Of a DNA stretch of 40,444 nt, positions 9,001 to 18,752 are shown piece after piece. The stretch comes from Escherichia phage pO111: the sequence record OR204652.1; one strand, given 5' to 3'. A program made the translations under genes and the position numbers. Below the pieces are notes generated by a model that was not told where the DNA came from, ran no database searches, and saw only the letters and a list, made by a program, of their open reading frames with translations. Positions within the stretch are counted from its first letter, which is position 1, and each line of letters begins with the position of its first letter.

Positions 9001-10010
9001 ACGCCAGCGCCAATAATACCAGCACTCAGTTTTGCACCTAGACCAGCTTCGGCAGCTAGTGAGTCATTCTCAAAGTTCTCGTTAGCCAGCTTAATGAGGT
9101 CGTCAAGATTCTCAGGGGAACCACCAGTTACCACGTTGATGTACGCAGGGTTCTTAACCTCTGTTCTAATCTTCTCTAACTCTTCTGGAGTCCAGATGTG
9201 AGAGTTCCAGCGAGTCGGCGTAATGGTGTCTTTAAACACGTCAAAACCATTATCGAGACGACCAGCACGGAAAGCCATCCCAGCGACTGAGTTGGAGAGT
9301 TCAGCTTCGGCAGCATTTTTGAATCCGAAGAAGGTTGAACGACTGTTGTATTCGTCAAGCGTTTCTCCGTGGGTCTCCCAAAAGTCCTTGGCGAATGGTT
9401 TCGCCGGAGCCTCCTGTTCGATACCCTTAACGTCAAAACTTGTGGACTCAGGTAGTTCCTGTGTCACCTTCTGCTTATGACCAATTCCATCCAATCCTAC
9501 CTCAGCCGGAATGCCTTTACCCTTTGGGGTGATGCCACCAAAAGTTTCCAACTGTCCAGCCATAGGTGACTTAGCAACATCCAGAAGGCTACGCATGTAA
9601 TTACGCCCCTCCTCAGAGATGGACGCGAAGTCTCCCTTTGAGTACGCCTCAAGTTGAGGATTGCCCAAGCGTCCCTCGCCTTGGTTATACGCAAGGGCAG
9701 CTTTGAGTTCATCACCATCAAACTTACCTACCAGACCTGCAAGGTGCTTAGCGGCAGCGTTGATAGCCAATTCAGGGTTAAGTCTGTCATCATCAGGGCC
9801 ATCTGTTACTCGCAATCCCATAGCCTTAGCTGTTGCCTTGGTGAACTGCATCATGCCCAGTGGTCCAGTTTTAGACTTGGCTGTGGGTTGAAACCGTGAT
9901 TCTATCCAAGCGACTTTACGTAAAAGGTCATAAGAGACCCCGTTGGCATCAGCCGCCTTCTGGAACAGACCATCATAATCACTCGGTACGTTCTTATCGT
10001 ACTTATCCAT
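6054..10010 (-). CDS. 16: Internal virion protein D with N-terminal lytic transglycosylase domain
   Basis: 1318 aa, near-identical to recalled T7 gp16. Confidence 0.95.
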   Translation of the reverse strand: MDKYDKNVPSDYDGLFQKAADANGVSYDLLRKVAWIESRFQPTAKSKTGPLGMMQFTKATAKAMGLRVTDGPDDDRLNPELAINAAAKHLAGLVGKFDGDELKAALAYNQGEGRLGNPQLEAYSKGDFASISEEGRNYMRSLLDVAKSPMAGQLETFGGITPKGKGIPAEVGLDGIGHKQKVTQELPESTSFDVKGIEQEAPAKPFAKDFWETHGETLDEYNSRSTFFGFKNAAEAELSNSVAGMAFRAGRLDNGFDVFKDTITPTRWNSHIWTPEELEKIRTEVKNPAYINVVTGGSPENLDDLIKLANENFENDSLAAEAGLGAKLSAGIIGAGVDPLSYVPMVGVTGKGFKLINKALVVGAESAALNVASEGLRTSVAGGDADYAGAALGGFVFGAGMSAISDAVAAGLKRSKPEAEFDNEFIGPMMRMEARETARNANSTDLSRMNTEDMKFAGEHNGVPYEDLPTERGAVVLHDGSILSASNPINPKTLQEFSEVDPEKAARGIKLAGFTEIGLKTLGSDDTDIRRVAIDLVRSPTGMQSGASGKFGATASDIHERLHGTDQRTYNDLYKAMSDAMKDPEFSTGGAKMSREETRYTIYRRAALAIERPELQKVLTPSERIVMDIIKRHFDTKRELMENPAIFGNTKAVSIFPESRHKGTYVPHVYDRHAKALMIQRYGAEGLQEGIARSWMNSYVSRPEVKARVDEMLKELHGVKEVTPEMVEKYAMDKAYGISHSDQFTNSSIIEENIEGLVGIENNSFLEARNLFDSDLSITMPDGQQFSVNDLRDFDMFRIMPAYDRRINGDIAIMGSTGKTTKELKDEILALKAKAEGDGKKTGEVHALMDTVKILTGRARRNQDTVWETSLRAINDLGFFAKNAYMGAQNLTEIAGMIATGNVRALGHGIPILRDTLYKSKPVSAKELKELHASLFGKEVDQLIRPKRADIVQRLREATDTGPAVANIVGTLKYSTQELAARSPWTKMLNGTTNYLLDAARQGMLGDVISATLTGKTTRWEKEGFLRGASVTPEQMAGIKSLIKERMVRGEDGKFTVKDKQAFSMDPRAMNLWRLADKVADEAMLRPHKVSLQDSHAFGALGNMVMQFKSFTIKSLNSKFLRTFYDGYKNNRAIDAALTGIISMGLAGGYYAMAAHVKAYGMPKEKRREYLERALDPTMIAHASLSRSSQLGAPLAMADLVGGVLGFESSKMARSTILPKDTMKERDPNKPYTSREVMGAMGSNLLEQMPSAGFVANVGASLMNAAGVVNSPNKATEQDFMTGLMNSTKELVPNDPLTQQLVVKIYEANGVNLKERRK

Positions 10011-10035
10011 TTAGGGCCTCCTTATGTAGCCTTAA

Positions 10036-12279
10036 TTACTCCTTACGTCCATAGATGAACTTAGGAACCTGTTTACGTTTATCCCGTACTCGCTTAGCTC
10101 CAGCTTCACGGGCCTTAGTAGCAGCAGTGATAGGTGCTCGCTTGTTGGCATCCTTCAATGCCTTCTCGCGTGCTTTCTCTTCAAGTTTCTTCTGGTTCTC
10201 ACTCCAGACCTTAGCGAGTAGCTCTTTGTCATACCGGATTCGCACTTGACCAGTGGTATCCATAAGGTAAATGGAATCACCTTGAGAATACATAGTCAGT
10301 TGCTTATTGGTAATCCACTTGTTGTTCGCTATGATTCCCTTACGTGCTTCCTCCAGAATATCCCGACCTTGCTCCCATGATTTCGGGTCAGAGTTGACTT
10401 GCATCATGTTCTTCGGAATCACACCAATGGTATCACCATCAACATCGTCACCAGTGAACGTGTAGGTAGATTCCTTAAGGAACTTGGTCATCTGCTCCAT
10501 AGCCATGCTTTCGTTCCCTGAGCGATACTTAACTGAGTCATAAATCTTACGTGCAGATTCGCGCAGTGACGCTGGCATACGGGCAATCTCAGGAGCCTTA
10601 GACGCATTCAGTGCAGACTCAAATGCTTTATCGTCCTCAAAGCGTTGCTCTTTGGACCGCTTAACAGTCAGTCGGTCGGCATCAAGAAGAAGCTGAGGGT
10701 CGAGACCTTGCTTGTCCATCATGTCCATCGTCAGGAATAACTCAGCTTGGTCTGGGTATAGCGCAGCAATCAACTGAGGGTCGGCATTACGGATTCTACG
10801 TAGAGCATCCAAAGCTGGGGTATTGTCCGGTAACTTACCGTTAATCACAGCGGCAGACCACTCTTGACCAGCATCTGTTACCATAGTCCCGATTGCTGTA
10901 CGGAATGCACCGTCCTTAGAGTCCGCTTGAAGGTACTTCAACTTCATAGCGTCCTTAGCGCCATCTGGAATATCCATACGGTCAATCTCAGCGAGCTTCT
11001 TATTGGCGTAGTTAACCATATCGCTATGCTTGAACTCACCAGTGTTCTCGTTGACTGGCATATCCTTAAAATCCGTTGAGACCCACTCACCGTTGATTCG
11101 CTTCTGGAATTGCTTGTCGATTACGTCAAGTTTGTTCATTGACTTCCTGGAATCGTCCAGAGCCTTGGCCTGAGCTTTCGTCCATGCATTCATCTGATTC
11201 TGAACTTGTCCCTGTGCGGAGATTAGCCACTCACGTTGTGGTGTCATCTGCTCATCAGGTTGGACCTTATCTAGTTCAGCCTTGATACCTTGAAGCATCT
11301 CCCACGCAGTACGAGGGTCCTCTTGGTTCAGCGCAGAGTTAATCTTCAAGCGATACTGCTCGTTCAGCTTAGCGTCAGTCTCAAACTGAGAGCGCTGTGC
11401 TGTCACCATTAGAGCATTCCACTGTTCCTCACCCATCAACTCTCGGTAAGTCGTAGTGGCTCCGTTAAGTGTTACCTTCTTGTCCCCGACTCGCATCAGG
11501 AAGTCAGCACCACCAGCACGGCTAGAAGCGTCACTGAACGCTTGGCTTATAAGCTGTGTGGCTTGAGCATCAGATGGTATTGCCCCAGTAACCAGACCAT
11601 TGTCGATGTACTTCTCAAAGAAGTCAGCAGAGTCTTGGCGGCGAAGCATATCAGGGTCTTGAAGGACACCGTTGAGTTCCACTCGGCTGTTCATGATGGC
11701 ACCCTTCTGAGCTTGTTGGCTCAAGAAGTTATCATGTGCGCCATACAGTGAGATGTTACGCTCAGTGATGTCCCCGTTGAAACCACGCTGATAATCAACG
11801 TCCTCAGGGTCAATACCGAACTGCTCAGCGTATGCCTTAGCGCCCTCTTGAAGACGACTATGGCGATACTGTTCCATCTCTTCACGAGTACGGAAGACAC
11901 CCTCTTTAACCTTCTGCATAACGTCATCGTCCACAAGGTACGCAGCGTTACGACCGGTCTTGACTCGTAGTGCTTCCATAGCGTATGGGTCATCCTGATA
12001 CAGAAGGGTCCCGTTGTTGAGAGCCTCTCGGCGTTGCTCAGGAGTCAACTTACGAATGATCTCGTTAGAGCGTTCATCAGCTAGGTCACGTGCTCGTTGT
12101 TCCTTAGCGGTATACATATCGGCACCAGCCTTAGCGAACCGACCAATGGTGTCCAATAGGCTTGACTTTGGCTGTTCGGCCTGAGTGGTTACCGCACGAT
12201 AGCCCATACCGCCAGCGCCACTACGTAACCGAGAGAGTCCCGGCTGTGCCGCTTGAAGGGCAGATTCAATTTTATTCAT
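10036..12279 (-). CDS. 15: Internal virion protein C
   Basis: 747 aa, same length and position as T7 gp15. Confidence 0.93.
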   Translation of the reverse strand: MNKIESALQAAQPGLSRLRSGAGGMGYRAVTTQAEQPKSSLLDTIGRFAKAGADMYTAKEQRARDLADERSNEIIRKLTPEQRREALNNGTLLYQDDPYAMEALRVKTGRNAAYLVDDDVMQKVKEGVFRTREEMEQYRHSRLQEGAKAYAEQFGIDPEDVDYQRGFNGDITERNISLYGAHDNFLSQQAQKGAIMNSRVELNGVLQDPDMLRRQDSADFFEKYIDNGLVTGAIPSDAQATQLISQAFSDASSRAGGADFLMRVGDKKVTLNGATTTYRELMGEEQWNALMVTAQRSQFETDAKLNEQYRLKINSALNQEDPRTAWEMLQGIKAELDKVQPDEQMTPQREWLISAQGQVQNQMNAWTKAQAKALDDSRKSMNKLDVIDKQFQKRINGEWVSTDFKDMPVNENTGEFKHSDMVNYANKKLAEIDRMDIPDGAKDAMKLKYLQADSKDGAFRTAIGTMVTDAGQEWSAAVINGKLPDNTPALDALRRIRNADPQLIAALYPDQAELFLTMDMMDKQGLDPQLLLDADRLTVKRSKEQRFEDDKAFESALNASKAPEIARMPASLRESARKIYDSVKYRSGNESMAMEQMTKFLKESTYTFTGDDVDGDTIGVIPKNMMQVNSDPKSWEQGRDILEEARKGIIANNKWITNKQLTMYSQGDSIYLMDTTGQVRIRYDKELLAKVWSENQKKLEEKAREKALKDANKRAPITAATKAREAGAKRVRDKRKQVPKFIYGRKE

Positions 12280-12285
12280 AGCTCA

Positions 12286-12876
12286 TTACCTCCCCGTCTT
12301 GGTTCCTTTAGCGGCAACAATAGGTGCCTTAGTTGTGGGCTTAGAGTCGAACGCACCGGATGCGTAAGCACTCGCAGCGGAAGACCCCATGATAGCAAGT
12401 GGGTCAAGAACCATCTGTAGCTTACTCTTCTGTTTCTGTTCGCCCTTATAGATTTCGTCAATCTGGCTCGCAGCACTTTGAGTGCCACCAAGTTGTTGTG
12501 CGAAGATTGCTTGGTAGTCGCGGCGATAGTTCTCAGTTACCATATTGGCTTCCCGAATGAACTGTCCTTCTGTGACTCGCTTAATGCGGTCCATTGAGGA
12601 ACCTTCTAGCATACTCTCTCCGATAGCCGCTCGGATAGACCCAAGAGCTTGTACCTTCTGCATGTTCTGTGAGGTCAACTCAGAGGACGCTTCCTCAAGT
12701 TTACTTCGAGCTTGCAACGATAGGTCAGCATTCTGGATGTTCGTCTGCTTCATAAGTTCAAATGCTTGACGACGACCAGCGGCTGTCTGTGAGGCAATCA
12801 TTTTAGCTTGAGCGTTCTGACTGCCTACGGCCTGAGCGCCAGCTATAGCGATAGGGATTGCGGCTGCCCAACACAT
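12286..12876 (-). CDS. 14: Internal virion protein B
   Basis: 196 aa, same length and position as T7 gp14. Confidence 0.92.
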   Translation of the reverse strand: MCWAAAIPIAIAGAQAVGSQNAQAKMIASQTAAGRRQAFELMKQTNIQNADLSLQARSKLEEASSELTSQNMQKVQALGSIRAAIGESMLEGSSMDRIKRVTEGQFIREANMVTENYRRDYQAIFAQQLGGTQSAASQIDEIYKGEQKQKSKLQMVLDPLAIMGSSAASAYASGAFDSKPTTKAPIVAAKGTKTGR

Positions 12877-12879
12877 AAA

Positions 12880-13296
12880 TCACCCTCCTTTCGTTATTGT
12901 GAATAATTGAAAATGACCATCTCGTGTGTACTCTTCATGAAATACCGCACCGATAGTCTTGAGGAAACGAATGTGGGACGTATTACCTACCCATACGTAA
13001 TTCCAAAGAGTATCATACTTCTCAAGCATCTTATCGCGATACTCCATGATTAACTTACGGAACTCTCGCTTAGCTTTTCCGCTAAGTCTCCACACTTGGT
13101 CACTCGTAACGAACCAGCACTGGTCCCCACAGTTACCACCGATAGCTAGAGGGAACCCATAGAGGCTCAACGTGACACACTCGGAAGCATCAGGGAAACT
13201 CGGCTCAATACCAGCAGCCTTAGCTTCAAGAATGTCATGGTGAGCCGGAGTGAATACCTCAAAGTCTGTACTTTTAGTAGGTCTTATAATCATCAT
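12880..13296 (-). CDS. 13: Internal virion protein A (gp13)
   Basis: ORF track trimmed to the internal start MMIIRPTKSTDF (138 aa, matches T7 gp13); the longer ORF would begin upstream of the phi13 promoter. Confidence 0.9.
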   Translation of the reverse strand: MMIIRPTKSTDFEVFTPAHHDILEAKAAGIEPSFPDASECVTLSLYGFPLAIGGNCGDQCWFVTSDQVWRLSGKAKREFRKLIMEYRDKMLEKYDTLWNYVWVGNTSHIRFLKTIGAVFHEEYTRDGHFQLFTITKGG

Positions 13297-13322
13297 AAGA
13301 AACCCTCCCGTAGTCGTATTGT

Positions 13323-13345
13323 TCTCCCTATAGTGAGTCGTATTA
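13323..13345 (-). promoter_or_regulatory. T7-type phage RNAP promoter phi13
   Basis: Reverse complement TAATACGACTCACTATAGGGAGA. Confidence 0.9.
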
Positions 13346-13375
13346 ATTTCGAACCACCACAGGGAGAACACTTAA

Positions 13376-15760
13376 TTAAATACCTGAACTTCTCCGTAAG
13401 TAGTTACCTTCCCAGCCACACCCAATGATGTTCAGCGGGGTAGTCTCATCAGACAAGATAGACACGGTATTGAACTTGGCGTTACCAACCACAGGGAATC
13501 GGTATTGTCCTGTCCCTAAGTTCAATCGCCCAGCCCTCAGAGTGTTAGAGCCTAAGCGGGCACCAGCCATTGTGTACTTCCAGTTGGACGATTGGTTCTC
13601 AACATAAATGTCGAACGTCCCAGAGTTCTCATAGTTCACCCACGCTCGGCGTAACTGCAAGCGACCAATGTCTTCCGTGGAGGTAGACCCATCGTCGGCA
13701 GTTTGCTTGATGAGGAACTTAGAGAACTCATAGACGAAGTTGATGTTGAACCCAATGTATACCATACGTCCCTCTAAGTTACCGTTGAATCTCAGCCAAG
13801 GGTCACTATTCCACCCAGCAGTTGGTTGCTCAAATACAGTTATCTTACCATCAGGCTCCAATACTGTGATTTTGCCCCTCCCGAAGTTTGCACCATAAAT
13901 GGTTGGGATGTGGATGGAAGTTTCGTAGGTGTCATCGTTGTACGTTCCACTTGGAATCGTATAGCGAATCTTCATATCCATAAAGGCCCGATAAGGCTCA
14001 CCTTGTAAGTCAATGGCGTTCTTAGTAAAAGAGATTCTAGCTAGGAACGTATTGAACTCATTGCGAAGAATCACATACATATCGGAGCTTATACTCTGAC
14101 AAGCTAGAACCTGCACGTTTTCCCCAAAGTCCCAGTGAGACCACGACTGTTGTCGTAGCTCTTCATTCAGGTACAGGAATTTGTACATGAAGATTTTGCT
14201 AGGGTCCCCATGAGATAGTACCGAGCAGAAGTTTTCAGTGCCACTACCGCAAATGCTGAACACACCATTGGGGATGTAGTTAGGAACATGTGCTGTAATG
14301 TCCTCAGCGTTCTTAACGGAACTGACATCCTGCACAGCGTAGTATCTGTGGATGGACGTGAAGCTGGACCTCGGACTAGCAAAGTAGACATTACGCCCAA
14401 TCCCATAAGGTCTCGCTTGGTCCTGCACATCAAACTGAGTCGTCAGGTTCAACTCAACCGACTTTGATGTAAGGGTGCCTGACGCTGTCAGAACGAATTG
14501 TGCTTCGTCGGACCAGATGAGTAACTCTTCTGAGAACGGAACGGCATACTTAAGGATTGCTATTCGGTTGGTACTCACAGCTACGTCTATAGGGTCGTCA
14601 TCACTAAGGTTCGCAATGGACGCAGGGTAGAAGTTGAAGTATTTGGCTGTACGACTCAGTATGATGTTCTCCCCACTAAGTAATCCTAAGCGGTTACGGA
14701 AGAAGAACACATCGTTGATGCTTGAACCAACAAAAGAAGGCCAAGGGTTAGTGTCAACGTCACCACAAGACTTAGGAGACCACTCAAGCCGCTTGAAGTC
14801 GAAATTCCCGTCAGCGGCTCTCACAAGAGCGTGTGGCATGGTTTCCCATAGAACGTGGCTCTCAGTGTTCCAACCCAAAGTCTCAACCCAAACTTTCCGC
14901 TCAGCGTCATACTTAACGTAATACTGGTCGGCAGACTTAGAGGCGTCCCCTACGATTTTAACCATGTAGCCGTTAGGAGCATTAGGTGGTAACTTAGAGA
15001 ACGACTGAGCGTAGTGGGTAACAGGGTTAATCAACTGGTCTGCGTAGCCATCTTTAGTCGTGAAGGAGGTAATCTGTTGACCACTAGGTGCGGTTACATG
15101 GATGAACCCTTGCCCTACATTTACAGTCCAACCAGACAAGTTAGTGCGCATCTGCTTGGCTAACTCTTCGGCTAACCATTGGGCATCCGTATTGTTTACG
15201 TGTGCCGGTTGACTACCATCTGGTATTTTATACTTAGCAACAGTTTTACCGTTAATGTATACAATTAGTTCCCTACCATACTGACCACCACGAACGTTAA
15301 TCAATCCGTCTTGCTTAGGGTTGTAATTCGGTAAGTTGACAGACGTTGTGTTCTTCTGTACAACAATGTTGCGGTTAACGATGAACGTGTAGTCTGCTAC
15401 AGTAACCATTCGCAGGTCGTTGCGTGGATTAGCGGTCTTGATATAGTCGGAACCGTTAGGATACCTAACTTGCTTCTCGTTACCAGCAAGGTCGAACACT
15501 CTGATTCCACTACCAGTGAACACAGCGTAATACCGTTCGTGCTCATCTCGGTTAATCAGATGGATGTACGGAGCTTGACCTAAAGCACCGTTGTTTCCAA
15601 GTGTCTTTAAGAATACCAGAGGTGGACGCTTTTGGAGGCCCTCGGTCTCCGAAGACCAACCATTAACTTGGCGTGACCCTTGGTCGGGATATCGAAGGAT
15701 GTCAGGCTGTTGACTGATACCACCCTTCAAGTTCTTAATTGATTGGCTAATGAGTGCCAT
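13376..15760 (-). CDS. 12: Tail tubular protein B
   Basis: 794 aa, same length and position as T7 gp12. Confidence 0.93.
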   Translation of the reverse strand: MALISQSIKNLKGGISQQPDILRYPDQGSRQVNGWSSETEGLQKRPPLVFLKTLGNNGALGQAPYIHLINRDEHERYYAVFTGSGIRVFDLAGNEKQVRYPNGSDYIKTANPRNDLRMVTVADYTFIVNRNIVVQKNTTSVNLPNYNPKQDGLINVRGGQYGRELIVYINGKTVAKYKIPDGSQPAHVNNTDAQWLAEELAKQMRTNLSGWTVNVGQGFIHVTAPSGQQITSFTTKDGYADQLINPVTHYAQSFSKLPPNAPNGYMVKIVGDASKSADQYYVKYDAERKVWVETLGWNTESHVLWETMPHALVRAADGNFDFKRLEWSPKSCGDVDTNPWPSFVGSSINDVFFFRNRLGLLSGENIILSRTAKYFNFYPASIANLSDDDPIDVAVSTNRIAILKYAVPFSEELLIWSDEAQFVLTASGTLTSKSVELNLTTQFDVQDQARPYGIGRNVYFASPRSSFTSIHRYYAVQDVSSVKNAEDITAHVPNYIPNGVFSICGSGTENFCSVLSHGDPSKIFMYKFLYLNEELRQQSWSHWDFGENVQVLACQSISSDMYVILRNEFNTFLARISFTKNAIDLQGEPYRAFMDMKIRYTIPSGTYNDDTYETSIHIPTIYGANFGRGKITVLEPDGKITVFEQPTAGWNSDPWLRFNGNLEGRMVYIGFNINFVYEFSKFLIKQTADDGSTSTEDIGRLQLRRAWVNYENSGTFDIYVENQSSNWKYTMAGARLGSNTLRAGRLNLGTGQYRFPVVGNAKFNTVSILSDETTPLNIIGCGWEGNYLRRSSGI

Positions 15761-15780
15761 TAGAGCCTCCTTAATACTTA

Positions 15781-16371
15781 TTAGCGAGTCAGTAGACCAG
15801 AAGTGAACGCATCACCATCCAGCATGTTATAACCGCCGTAATCCACTTCGTACTCCATACAGAGGCGTCGAGCCTCATCTTCCTCTTCTTGGAGTACACC
15901 CTCTACTTCTGGTGCCCCAAAGAATCGGTTGTTGAACTGACGTGAAGCCTTAGTGACAATCCAGTAGCGGAAGCACTCAGGCATCTCATCGTAGTCTCTG
16001 AGACGAATAATGTTCACAGTAATGCCAGAGTCAAAGCGGTCTGATTGACTCGTTCGGTCATACACATAGCCACCTCGATTAACATAGACTGATTGACCGG
16101 AAGTAGCCATTAGGGACAAATAGTCATCGCTGTACACAATCAGGTTGGAGTAAACATCAGGTAATAGCGTTATGCCTTCCTCAATGTTGAACGTCCAGCC
16201 ACGAGACTGAATCTGTCTGTTAATCTTATTGAGAATGCGCCGAGCGTTCGCTACATCTGCGTTAGCATCACCTTCCAGCGTCGATACCGGAGGTTCACCG
16301 ATAGATGCCAGAATGTCATTCACAGCGGATAACTCAGCGGCAGTCTCAACGTTCATATCGTATGAGCGCAT
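15781..16371 (-). CDS. 11: Tail tubular protein A
   Basis: 196 aa, same length and position as T7 gp11. Confidence 0.93.
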   Translation of the reverse strand: MRSYDMNVETAAELSAVNDILASIGEPPVSTLEGDANADVANARRILNKINRQIQSRGWTFNIEEGITLLPDVYSNLIVYSDDYLSLMATSGQSVYVNRGGYVYDRTSQSDRFDSGITVNIIRLRDYDEMPECFRYWIVTKASRQFNNRFFGAPEVEGVLQEEEDEARRLCMEYEVDYGGYNMLDGDAFTSGLLTR

Positions 16372-16390
16372 ATAGTTCCTCCCATTAAAG

Positions 16391-16438
16391 CAAAAAACCC
16401 CTCAAGACCCGTTTAGAGGCCCCAAGGGGTTATGCTAG
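16391..16438 (-). terminator. Tphi-type terminator for phage RNAP
   Basis: Reverse complement CTAGCATAACCCCTTGGGGCCTCTAAACGGGTCTTGAGGGGTTTTTTG, GC hairpin plus U-tract downstream of gene 10. Confidence 0.92.
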
Positions 16439-16441
16439 TTA

Positions 16442-17631
16442 TTACTCAGCAGCGGTAGCAGCAGCCAACTCTGCTTCCCTTCGGGCTTTGTTAGCAGCGC
16501 GTGTGCGTGCAGCTTTTTGTGCTGGAGTTAGACTCTCTTCGGTAGTAATGCTCACCTCTTCGGGACTAGCAGCGACCGTTGAGGCCACTTTCAGCATTAC
16601 GCTGCCGTGAAAACCACAGCACCAGCAGCTTCTGGACGCAGACCACCGTGGCCCATTGCGTACTTCGCGATGATCTGGTCAGCTTGGAAGTTGGCTCGAC
16701 GAGCACGTTCCAGAGCCAAGTCACGCAGCTTCACAGTACCTACCGCAGAGCGGTGCATGAACAGGCCGATAACGTTGTCCTTAGCAACCTTGTCAGTACC
16801 GCTCTTAGTGGCAGGGAAGGCGTGCTTCTGACCAGTGGTATCTTCGCGAGAGGTGCCAGCGCCACCAGCGGTGAGGTGAGGAACTTCTACAACCTCAAAG
16901 CCCATAACGTTGCGGATAGAACCCTTCTCAGGGTCAATCAGTGCAGCGTAGTTTGCAGCGTTCGGCATCAGTGCTGCCAGAATCGCAGAGTAGCTATCTG
17001 GGTCACAGTAGAACACACGGTCAGCAGCCGGAACATAGTTCTTGGTCAGAGCCGCTCGAGCCTTGGTCAGAGCCGCAATAATCTCCTTACCCAGAGCAAC
17101 TTGGTCGGTAAGCGCAGTCTTAGCCTGAGTAGTCTCAATCACAGTTGCAGTGCCTAGACCAGCGATGTTCTCGTCAGAGGTGCTTGCCAAGTTACACAGA
17201 CCGGCAATCTCTGCCAGAACTGCACCGTCAGCAGCCATCGCCAGAGACTCACCCAACTGGGAGGTGTACTCAGAGCGGACATCATAATGGTTCATTGCGT
17301 CCTCAATATCGTAAATCAGGACGTCAGCCGTCAGGAGACCGTCAATGGTGATGACCTTCTCGGTGTGTTTGATGTCTTTACGTTTATCGTCGAGGTTCTC
17401 ACCAGGAGCCAGATACGCTGCCTGAGTGCGACCCAGAACAGGGAACTGAGCGGATTTACCGCTGGAAATAGAGCGGACCATGTGGCGAGAAGTCGTAACG
17501 GAGGTGCGTGCGAATGCGGTAAGAACTTCACCACCGAATACTTTCAGGAACAGCGCCAGTTTGTCTGCACCATTGCTCACGCCTTTACCTTGGTTAGTAC
17601 CCAGTTGCTGTCCACCAGTCATGTTAGCCAT
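16442..17631 (-). CDS. 10B: Minor capsid protein 10B, produced by -1 ribosomal frameshift near the end of 10A
   Basis: Slippery GGTTTTC just before the 10A stop; the -1 frame continues about 52 codons (MLKVASTVAASPEEVSITTEESLTPAQKAARTRAANKARREAELAAATAAE) to a TAA at 16442..16444. Confidence 0.7.
16597..17631 (-). CDS. 10A: Major capsid protein 10A
   Basis: 344 aa, MASMTGGQQLGTNQGKG..., near-identical to recalled T7 gp10A. Confidence 0.95.
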   Translation of the reverse strand: MANMTGGQQLGTNQGKGVSNGADKLALFLKVFGGEVLTAFARTSVTTSRHMVRSISSGKSAQFPVLGRTQAAYLAPGENLDDKRKDIKHTEKVITIDGLLTADVLIYDIEDAMNHYDVRSEYTSQLGESLAMAADGAVLAEIAGLCNLASTSDENIAGLGTATVIETTQAKTALTDQVALGKEIIAALTKARAALTKNYVPAADRVFYCDPDSYSAILAALMPNAANYAALIDPEKGSIRNVMGFEVVEVPHLTAGGAGTSREDTTGQKHAFPATKSGTDKVAKDNVIGLFMHRSAVGTVKLRDLALERARRANFQADQIIAKYAMGHGGLRPEAAGAVVFTAA

Positions 17632-17693
17632 ATGTATATCTCCTTCTTAAGAAAGTTTAAACAAGAATGATTTCTAAAGGGAAACCGTTGTGG

Positions 17694-17716
17694 TCTCCCT
17701 ATAGTGAGTCGTATTA
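17694..17716 (-). promoter_or_regulatory. T7-type phage RNAP promoter phi10 with its leader
   Basis: Reverse complement TAATACGACTCACTATAGGGAGACCACAACGGTTTCCC followed by AAGGAGATATACATATG. Confidence 0.92.
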
Positions 17717-17729
17717 ATTTCAGAGTCTA

Positions 17730-18653
17730 TCAGAAGTTCGAATCGATTACTTTCTGTTCGACTTGACGACGATAGTTTGCATCGGTGCGATACCGAGGGT
17801 CACTCATAGCCTTAATCATCTCGCTACGGTCAGCAAATCCTTCACGCTTAGTAGCTTGAGGTTTCGCCGGAATAGCTCGACTGGTTACACTACGAGTTGG
17901 CTTACGACCGAACGCCTTAGTACGAGACTCGCCAGCCAAGTTAATGATAGCCTTAACTGTTGCTAAGTCACGATTGGTCAACGCATTGTCCAGCGACTGT
18001 GCAGCCTCAGGGTTGTGCGTCTCAAGGTGATTGTACAGTGCGTCAAAACGCTCACGACCGCCAGCGTACTCAATGACACTGTTTACGTACTGCTCCACAA
18101 GAGCTTCTTGACCACGAATGTACGAATCAATGAAAGCCTTAGTGTAGCCAATTTCAGCCAGCTTAGCGTAGGACTCAGCGGACAACTCTTCGTTCTCCTC
18201 GTACTCACGCTGGATGGCCTCGATGGTCTCGACGCTCATGCCACGCTCGGCAGCAATGTTAATCATCTCTTGGAAGCCCTCTTCGTGCTCACCAAGTTGC
18301 TCAGAGGCAGCTACCAGTTCTTCTGGAGTCTCACCCAGCGGGGTAAACTCTTCGGAACCTTCGGTGTCCTCAAAGCCTTCTTCACCAGTGTCCACATCGG
18401 TCGGCTCAGAGCCATCGCCAATACGAACCTGAATGCGACCTTCGTCATCCTCTTGACCGAACGGGTCAGAGTTGTCATACAGGTCACGTTCTGTTTCCAC
18501 TTCGTCTGACGCTAACTCGATTGCATCATCGCCATCACGGGCAGCAACATCAAGAGCCAGCATATTCTGCTCATGTTCCTCAATGGAACCACCAGACATC
18601 ACAGCGGAGTTCACGCCAAAAGATGCATATACGTCTGCATTAGATTCAGCCAT
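17730..18653 (-). CDS. 9: Capsid assembly scaffolding protein
   Basis: 307 aa, acidic, same length and position as T7 gp9. Confidence 0.92.
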   Translation of the reverse strand: MAESNADVYASFGVNSAVMSGGSIEEHEQNMLALDVAARDGDDAIELASDEVETERDLYDNSDPFGQEDDEGRIQVRIGDGSEPTDVDTGEEGFEDTEGSEEFTPLGETPEELVAASEQLGEHEEGFQEMINIAAERGMSVETIEAIQREYEENEELSAESYAKLAEIGYTKAFIDSYIRGQEALVEQYVNSVIEYAGGRERFDALYNHLETHNPEAAQSLDNALTNRDLATVKAIINLAGESRTKAFGRKPTRSVTSRAIPAKPQATKREGFADRSEMIKAMSDPRYRTDANYRRQVEQKVIDSNF

Positions 18654-18729
18654 TATTATTGTCTCCTTAAAGTTGAACTACAGGGAGACGCAGCGAAGGT
18701 CCGCAGTACGGATTGCCTCGAAGTCTTAC

Positions 18730-18752
18730 TCTCCCTATAGTGAGTCGTATTA
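18730..18752 (-). promoter_or_regulatory. T7-type phage RNAP promoter phi9
   Basis: Reverse complement TAATACGACTCACTATAGGGAGA. Confidence 0.9.
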
